From: Chrysomallon squamiferum
Taxonomy: Eukaryota > Animalia > Mollusca
NCBI GenBank assembly: GCA_012295275.1
Contig: CM022676.1
Span: 6,076,001 to 6,140,000, forward strand
Length of the DNA stretch: 64,000 nt
Reading direction: 5' to 3'
This document shows positions 54,734 through 64,000 of the stretch, one piece after another (the stretch's first letter is position 1; the number at the start of each line of letters is the position of its first letter). Position numbers and translations under genes: made by a program. The notes beneath the pieces were generated by a model. It saw only the letters and a program-made list of their open reading frames with translations. It was not told where the DNA came from and searched no databases.

Positions 54734-55381
54734 GAAGAATATTGTAGAACCTGATTCATTGATAAGCCAAAAAAAAAAAAAAAAAAAAAAAAATAATATA
54801 AGTCTGGAGCTGGAACTTAGCAATATTGCTTATTCATATAAAACCACTGCTGATTGGCTGTTCAATCGATGGCTGGGATTTGGTCATTAAAATAGGCAGA
54901 TGTGTCAAAGGTCAAAGGTTAGAGTGCAAATCCATGAAGATAGCTAAGACACTGAAAGGGTCATTAATATTTAAAAATTAATGGCAGTGCTGAATTTTTT
55001 TTTTTTTTTTTTTTTTAATTCTTTATTTTATTATTATTATTATTATTATTTTTTTAATGCATAAAAACGGATGTCATAGCCATTTTCGCAATATGGAAGT
55101 GCAACAAGAAAGGTGCTAGCTAGCAGAATCTACTAGAACCACTTTGATTTAGGACGGCCATATTGGATGGACATTTTATTTCAGTAAATGTGTGTCCTAC
55201 GCAAAATAAACCAATTTCCCCAGTGCTGAAAAATGTTTACTGGTGCTACGAAATCCATTAACTGGCATGTTACCGCAATTTCATATGTGAAAATCGATGC
55301 ATAAATGTAAATATATGTTTTGCATATTACTAATTTAACTGTGAATGCTTATATCGACATTATATATATATATATATATAA

Positions 55382-55419
<38 letters not shown>

Positions 55420-55803
55420 TAAAATATGGACACATAAACACTACACCTTTCAAAGGTGCTCATTTCTTGCCAGCGTTACCGTGGAAACTGTTCTGTGAAG
55501 GGAGATAACTCCGAGATTGATTCTCATATTTACTACCTGTCTCGTGCTCAGTAATTTTTTTTTTTTATGTCTGGAATAACTAGATGATCTTAGATGACAT
55601 TCTGCTGCTATATTCTATATAACTATCTAGGATAGACAATTGGCCATGTTGTGGTATTCAGAAGTAATATCCTTGTTACCCAAATAATACTATCTTCTTG
55701 TTTGCAAATAGCATTTATGTCTATCGCCATATCTGTATGTAATTTTAAATTTATTTTATTTTTTTTTTTTTTATTTTTTTTTTTTTTTTTGTTGTTACTA
55801 TAA

Positions 55804-55864
<61 letters not shown>

Positions 55865-55976
55865 TTAGTAGTAGCATTATTATTAGTGGTATTACATTTT
55901 CATTTATTATATTATTATTTATTTTATTATTATTATTATTATTATTATTATATTTTCATTATTATCATTATTATTA

Positions 55977-56011
<35 letters not shown>

Positions 56012-56719
56012 CTTTTTCTGATGAAAATTAGCATTGGCTATATATAACATAATGAAAAAAAGCAATATACTACTTTCTAATTGACAAAATACTGTTGTAC
56101 ATTAATGAAGCTCTGTTGAATTTGTAACTCATGTTTGTAGGTATTTATTATAAATTTCTAATAGTTTGTTTGTGTATATTGTACATAACTGTCTTTATAT
56201 ATTAAAATAATTCACATTACACCTGAGAACAAAAGAGGAAAACTAAATGCAAGAAAATTATCATGAAATAAATTTAATCTTCTTGTTTGGTTTTCATTAA
56301 TTATTATTTTTTTTTTTAAATTATTGTTATGTGTATAAAGATGGAAAAAAACTTTTGAAACATTTTTTAGATTCAGAATTAGAATTTTAAGAATAAAAGA
56401 ATGAGAAACTAAGAACTAAACTTAAGTTTAATGAAATTGTTTTTAATGACATAAATTACAATATAATAAAAAAAATTTTACATTATTTTTTTAAATATTT
56501 AAATAAAATAAAAGCTTAATAAACCAGTATCAATATATTATTTGATTTTATTTTTACGTTATTTTTCTTTATATTGTTTTGTTTTTATTTTTACAAAAGG
56601 TTTTAATATACTATTTTCTACAAAACATATAGTAATTACAGTGGATTCCTAAGCTTTAGTTTTACTTAAAAAAATAATAATAATAATAAGCATAATAACA
56701 TTAATAATATTAATATTTT

Positions 56720-56980
56720 ATCAAGGAAGGGAAATAACCCATTCTGATAAATAATTGTGTAAAAAAGGAAATAACTTTTACAGAAAAATATTTATTTAGA
56801 AGATATAATTATGACTTGCTGATAAATAATTGCTTTATTGAAAAGGAAAATAATTCTTGCTGATATAATTGTTATTAACAAGGGAAATAACTTGTTGATA
56901 AAAAAAAAATAATGAATAAGGGAACTAACTCTTGCTCATACATATATTATGAAGGGACATAACTCTTGCTGAGCATAATA
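56720..56980. repeat. Degenerate ~35-40-bp repeat built on aagggaaataactcttgctga
   Basis: About 6 imperfect copies. Confidence 0.75.
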
Positions 56981-57219
56981 ATTATGATTTTTATTGTACA
57001 TTGTCTACAAGCAGTTTTTGTACATCTGACATTGTTTTCAGTACTGAGAGTTTTTCATGTGAATAGATTTCAGGTATTGAAGTAAAGAAAAAATATACTG
57101 AATTTTGTCTTTTGTTGTTTGTTTATCTTACGAATGAGTGTTTTAGATATGTGCACCAACAAATGAAATACATGGATGTAAAGAATGTATTTCTTTTGTG
57201 TGTTTTTCAGTATATGAAT

Positions 57220-57250
<31 letters not shown>

Positions 57251-58118
57251 TTTTTTTTTATTTTATTTCAATTGTTTGTTTGTTTACTTATCAGTTTATT
57301 TTTTATATTCATATTTATATTTTTCAACAGACAATAGAAGATGGATGAAATATTGTTTCACAGCCAACTGGCTTTAGATACATTAATGCAAAAATGGAGA
57401 ACTTATTGAAATGAGACAAAACCAATCCCTTCTGAAGAACATAAAACTAAACATCCTCAAATTATGCATCGATATCATGTTCTCATCAAAAGAGGGTCTT
57501 TAACAAAATATTTTATTCACTCATGCAAATAGAGGCAAAAAAAACAAATTTGTTTAAAGTTTTAATCTTACATTTGTTTACGATTTCTTGCCATCTGCGT
57601 CCTCAAGGTTAAAACCCTTATTTGCGTAGGTTTGTAAACTCTAATCTTTACTGCACACATAATTATGTTCACTCATTTAATATGCCCATCTCACTTACTT
57701 TAACTTGAAACACAAGTTCATAAGGACTGTTTGTTGTCGACATCTAGTCTCAACAGTAAAAACAATTTATTTTTGCAAATAATCATCGAGTTGTTCACAT
57801 GATTTTTCCATCTGACAAACTAGTGATAAGCCACCTTCTCTGTAGCACGTGTTCGTAAACACAAGCGGTTGAAAGCAACGAAACTGGAAAAGTTCAGCAG
57901 CATTATTTTTAACAAATTATTTTTGTTTGTGATTTATTTATTCAGTATGTTATGTTTATAGGATTATATGTAACAAATGTAGAACAGAACTTTAAAATTT
58001 TGTTTTTGCTCAGTAAATATAATTTGAAGGAAATAACGGGAGTACTCTGGCTGGTCATAAAATGTGGTCATGTGATCGTTGGACAAAATGTTTAAATAGC
58101 AACTACCAAGTGATGTAT

Positions 58119-58162
<44 letters not shown>

Positions 58163-61100
58163 CTTAGAACTTCGCCATGGGTTAAAAGTAAGGCTAAGTT
58201 TAGTACAACAGAATGACTATCCCTGCAAATATGCAGATTTGAAATTAAATATGTTTATTTCAAAGGATTTTTAACTCCTGTATGTATCATCAGTAACAAA
58301 TATATTATAAAGACTGAGTCACCGATTACGTAATTTAAATTTTAAACATTTAACAGACTGAGTCTTGTTTTTCCTTTTTTGTTTACGATGCAATAAGACT
58401 ACTGGCTTTTTTTAAATCACTCCTTTGTTCAAAACTTTATTTCTTGTTTTGAATAAACGCAGTAAAGGTTATTTGAATAATTATTAAATGCATGTTAATG
58501 TGGTAAACACTGATTAATTTTACGAATTATTTTTTACATTAATATTTAATGTTTCAAAAGACTGAGTCTGTATTTGAATGAAGGCACTGATGATAACTTG
58601 AGGCGTGTGTGTGTGTGTGTGTGTGTGTGCGTGTGTGAGTGAGTGTGTGTGATTTATAAACTTTTTATGTGTTCTTACATGAAATAACTGTAAACACCCT
58701 ATGTTCTTAATATTTAATTAAGTATTATTTCTAATAATAATGATGATAATAATAATAATAATACACCTTTTAAATTTTTTATTTTTTATTTTTTATTTAT
58801 TTTTTTATACTGAGCTTAAAAGTACATCTACAAGTAATGGTAAAAATTACATGAGTCATAACAAAATTAAATTTGATAAATGTTTTATCACCCTTTAGAC
58901 ACACACTCTGATTTTCAATGACTGGGTGATAATGTTCACTTTGAAACCATTTTAAGTGTTGAAAAATATTCAACAACTTTAATTTAAAATCAGACATGAT
59001 TAATTGAACAAGAATATACCTACGTCCGTTTTTACATTTCAGCTATTATATTTTTCACCTATATATATTTTTTTATCTATTTTATGTCTTTCTTATTACT
59101 TTTTTTATCTATAAATTTCTTTTATATTTTATTATCAGTATATATCTGCTGGTTTTACTTAAGTGTTTAAGAAGAAGAAATTCATTCAGCAATTTAATAA
59201 ATGTCATTTCATTTCCATTTCTGCTTCAGTGAAGACATATTTTACCTTTAATGTCTTTTCGCACTTTTGTGATAATAATTCACTATCATTCGTTGAATAA
59301 CATTCATTTAAAATTGTTTTGATAAGTCAAGCAAGTAGCAAACACCACTGACCTAATTTCAACTGATCCTGTTACAGATCGGAGCGATCTGATTGGCCGT
59401 CGATGTAGTAACCTTGACGATACCTCATTATCATAAGTGATTTGTGTGATTTTATGTATAGGTTTTTTGTTGTAATGACTGGAATGCAAAGGGAGTTAAC
59501 TTTCAAACTGTTTGAAATCGTCGTGGGTGACTTTAATGTGATTATTTATGGCTTCCTGTTAGAATAAAATTGAGAATGTAAATAAATCCGAAATTTTTAT
59601 CTTTGTTTTGTAAACATACCTTCAATATTTACATAAATAATGTTGTGTTTACATATTTTATTATTAGTTCAGTAGTAATATATGAATATCTATTTGGTTT
59701 CTATACATGTATGAATGTGTAAAAAAACCCAGTAAAAAATACAAGTGTATTTACTTATTTGTATATACATACATTTATGTGTGTATTATTGCATTAGAAC
59801 AGGCAAACTTAAATACAAAAACATACATAAACACCTAACAATGTGTTCACACACACACATTCATAACTGTGTTAATATATACATATATGCAATAAATTTC
59901 CAAACACAAGTTATGGCTTTTCCTGATCAAAATAACTGAGATAAAAACAAATTAATAAAATATTTTCTTTTGTGATGGTAAAAAAAAAAATAATAACTTA
60001 AATATTTAATTTTTTAGCCTGCTGCTGATAATACATGAATATTTTATTTATTTATTATTATTATTATTATTTTTTTTTTTATAGATTGTTCGTATGAGGT
60101 ATGACAATGCAAAAAAATGTTTCTTCCTCTTTGGATAAAATATTTTTTAAAACAAATTATTATGCAGATCCTTCAAAATGATATCAAGCTAAATATTTTA
60201 GATTCTTAAACCTTAAGTCACACTTACAAATATTTTGAATTAATCTCATCTTCTGTGATTTTGACTTCTCCTGTACCTATAAATACCTGCACAAACACAC
60301 TCTCACACACACACACACACACACACACAGCCACACTAACATACACACAAATGCAACACATATACACATGCACATACCAAATATACATACATATAAACAT
60401 ATACATGCTTTAACAATCACAATTGTAACACAACATATGATGTTAACAGTTATTTCGAGGACTTTATTTATTTTTTTACTTATACAACTATTCACAAACA
60501 TTTTAGTTACTTTTACAAAGATCTCTGTTGTATATTTTTATACATTATAAAAAAAAAAAACATAATAATGCAAGATTGTTTAAAATACTGTATTTCATGT
60601 TTTAACCTCTTGTAAGAGTATTTTCACAGCATTGCATACAATGATAGTGATATCAAATTACTGTTTTAACAATCTTACTTTTCTTTTTAATCTTTATTCA
60701 ACCACCAGGTAATTTATTTCAGGTTTTTTTAAACAGTTTGAGTACTATTAAATATATCATTTTTTTATGTTTTTCATAAATTTGTTTTTTAATGAATTAT
60801 TCCTTTGATCTTAACCAACCAATAAATTATCACAGATGCTTGTACTTATTTCAGAAAGCCAAAGATATCTTATATCATTCATTTGCACAGCACTGGAAAA
60901 ATAATGAGAAAAAAAATTATCATAAAAAAAAAACCCTTTCTTTTCATGTTTTTGTTATTATTTCAACTGAAGGTAATTTTGGTTAAAATATCTGTGACTG
61001 CTTTTATTCTTTCTACCTTCACAAAATCCATTAAATTAAAAACATTTTTTTTTTTTTTTTTTTTTTTTTGGTTGTAATGCTGTTGTAACTGAAGATAATT

Positions 61101-61184
61101 TTTGTCAAAATATCTGTGATGTTTTTATAATTTCTACATTAGCAAAATCAGTTATTATATCTATTGACATTACTTTTGTTATAT

Positions 61185-61720
61185 TAAAACCATTTTAAAA
61201 ACTGTCTCAGCATCCATATCTTTTATTTTCTTTAGTGTTCTTGAATGTTCATAAAACCATTATGAACTCTGTTTCAGCATCTACATCTTTCACTTTCTTT
61301 AGTGTTCTTGAATGTTCTTAAAACCATTATGAACACTGTTTCAGCATCTGTATCTTTATTTGCTTTATGTCAGGTTCTGACCATACCATCTTCAGTTACA
61401 GGATCTTGCTTATATATCAACAGTACCACAACATCTTTTTCTTTCCTTTAGAGTTCATGAATATTCACAAAAACCCATCATACAGTTTCTTTAATTACTT
61501 ATTCATAACGACCCGAACCAAATCATTTTTTTTTTTTTTCAGATGGTGATCGGGTCTTGAATATTCACAAAACCATCAAACAATTTCTTTACTTACTTCT
61601 TCATCTGAACAGTACCACATCAGGGTTGTTTTTTTTATTTTTTTATTTTTTTTGGAATGTAGGTCTTGAATATTTTCAACAAAAAAAAACGTACAATTTC
61701 TAACCACTTTAATTACTTGT
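61185..61720. repeat. Degenerate tandem repeats in the ANAPC13 3'UTR
   Basis: cttgaat(g/a)ttc.caaaaccat recurs about 5 times at 67-140 bp spacing. Confidence 0.75.
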
Positions 61721-61936
61721 CCCAGTAGACGGTGGTTCGTGCAACGATGTCAAAGCCAGATCAGACCATTTCTGTTCTTGTTCTCGCAGAGTTTCCGTCG
61801 TGGGTCCATTGTCAGGTTCAATCTCGGGCAGTTCCATCTGAGGAACAGCAATGTCCTCCATCGGCAGTTTGTCCTCTCTCCACTTTTCATCAATCAGATC
61901 CATCAGACGTCCGTCTCTTATCACCTCACTGTCCAT
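61709..61936 (-). CDS. ANAPC13: Anaphase-promoting complex subunit 13 (APC13), 75 aa, uninterrupted CDS
   Basis: MDSEVIRDGRLMDLIDEKWREDKLPMEDIAVPQMELPEIEPDNGPTTETLREQEQKWSDLAL matches the APC13 family (human MDSEVQRDGRILDLIDDAWREDKLPYEDVAIP..EQEMKWTDLAL). A splice acceptor just upstream of the ATG implies a non-coding first exon. Confidence 0.97.
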   Translation of the reverse strand: MDSEVIRDGRLMDLIDEKWREDKLPMEDIAVPQMELPEIEPDNGPTTETLREQEQKWSDLALTSLHEPPSTGTSN

Positions 61937-62104
61937 TGCAAGCTGAAAGCTGAAAGTAAATTAGCTGTTAATAATAAAAACAAAACAAAAAGTAATAATG
62001 TCAGTCCAGGAAATCTGCTATTAGCTGTAGCAGTGCTTCTGTTGTTCCATGAAAAAATCTTTGTGTTTTTTGATATTATCCGGATGTTTCTGAAGTACTG
62101 TACT

Positions 62105-62139
<35 letters not shown>

Positions 62140-63518
62140 ATTAATGTAAATAAAAATAAATAACAGATGAATTAATAACAAAATTAATTTAACAACTGCC
62201 ACTAACACTAGAACAACAACTATTACAACTACTATTACAACTACTATTACTATACTACAACTACTAACTACTGCTACTATTACAAAATATAACTACTACT
62301 ACTAACTACTACTACCACTATCACTACTAGTAATAATAATAAAGTAACTAATAGCAATATTAATAATATAAAACAAATGATTAATAACAAAGAATAAAAT
62401 ATTATAACAGCTTTTGAAAACGTTTTACTGAAGGGTCAATATCCTCAGTATAAATTTATATAATACATTATTTCCAATTTCATCTGCACATACCATTGGT
62501 TGTGCAAACTTTTCTAACTGAAGTATAACAATGTATATTGTTATGAATGTGCTATGAAAACTGTATCAGCTGGTTTCTCCTCTCACATTCCTCTGTTTTG
62601 AATATGACACATTTGACAACATGTCACAGTGGTATTAAAATAAATGTGCTGACAGAATACTTCACAATGGAATCTTTACTTGTCTGGACACTTAATAGGA
62701 ACTGAATACTTGTTAAAAAAATGAAAATCACAGTTTTATTTTAATAATGGAATAAAACCTTTAACTTCGGCAGTATGTGTAAAACTACACCGTATCATAG
62801 TTGTTGCTGCTGTTGTTGTTATTACCATCACTACAATAAGATATTATTTTTATTGTTGTTCTTGTTATTATTTTTTATTTTTTTAATTTATAAAAAAAAT
62901 TATTATTATTATTATTAATATATAAACAAAAAAATGTCACCCATCGTGAAAGTAATCAATTTAACATGATCCTATTCTAACATAAAGATATAAACATGCT
63001 TGACTTGTATTTAATATGTGCAATTATGCATCTATGATATCACAGCGCATACATTACTGCATAAATATTAATGATCCGTTAAATGTGGCATATTTAATGT
63101 ATTGTGTATCAGGATAATTACGTGGAAACATCTGGGTGTTTAAAAAAAAACATGTTTTAGAATTTTGGTAACAAATATGAACATCCTTTAAAAAAAAAAA
63201 AAAAAAAGAAGAATGTTTATGTTTGATTATTTGCATTTGTGCTGGGTTTGAATGTGTGTATGTATGTATGTATGTATGTATGTATGTATGTATGTATGTA
63301 TGTATGTATGTATGTATGTATGCATGTGTGTGTGTATGTGTGTGTACATATACTGTGTCCAACAATGTTTTGATATTTTTGAATTTATGATGCTCTGAAG
63401 TTATGTAATAATATAGTGCTTAATTAAAACAATAAAAAAATAATAATCATAATAATTTTGATAGTAATGATGATGATATTAACACCACTAATAATAATAC
63501 ATAATATGTGTATGTCTA

Positions 63519-63559
<41 letters not shown>

Positions 63560-64000
63560 GCATATGTTGTGTTTTATAGTATCTGTGTTTGTGTATGTAT
63601 GTGTGTGGACATCTGTGGCTGTCATCATTTTTCTGATGCTGTAACAGTGTATATATATATATATACATGTCTGGGACTGAGTGTGTGTGTAATATATAAA
63701 TAACACAACCTGTGAGTTGACAACTATTAATATATAAAACACATGTTTTGGCAGGTAGCTGACACTCTTGGTATTCAGATGAGAAATGTTAAACTTAAAC
63801 TGAACACTATTTTCAGATGCATTTGGACAACATTTTTGTCACCATAAAAAAAAAAAAAAAAAAATGTTGTTATTAATACATTATTTCATGAATTTTGCGC
63901 GTACTTTGAAAGAACTATGTGGAAAATGTCGCATATTTAGTCCAGTGTTAAATCAACTTCAAGTGTGAAAAATGTTTTTAAAAAATCGTATTTATATTTC

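Overview
Very AT-rich, microsatellite-laden animal genomic DNA; a mollusc or other lophotrochozoan is my inference from a SINE relic and repeat motifs. Almost all ORFs in the supplied track are translations of simple repeats. The window is dominated by one + strand Roundabout (Robo) receptor gene. I reconstructed it by hand from about 28 GT-AG exons (5580-53606, roughly 1,470 codons): Ig1-5, FN3 x3, a TM helix, and a cytoplasmic tail with CC1 and the conserved DFAxAVA and RPTSP motifs. The signal-peptide exon is not confidently in the window. Splice phases join cleanly except at two GC-rich spots that look like assembly errors: a 1-nt frameshift in a G5 run of the Ig2 exon, and a scrambled, duplicated CC2-region exon. 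A single-exon ANAPC13 CDS lies convergently on the - strand (61709-61936). I found no clearly new multi-gene system. The best leads are: recurrent tandem duplication of 3' splice sites creating decoy acceptors, one differing from the real exon only at synonymous sites; a candidate cassette exon carrying YMNM; alternative C-termini; and a dispersed AAGGGAGRTAAYT motif in about 20 copies.
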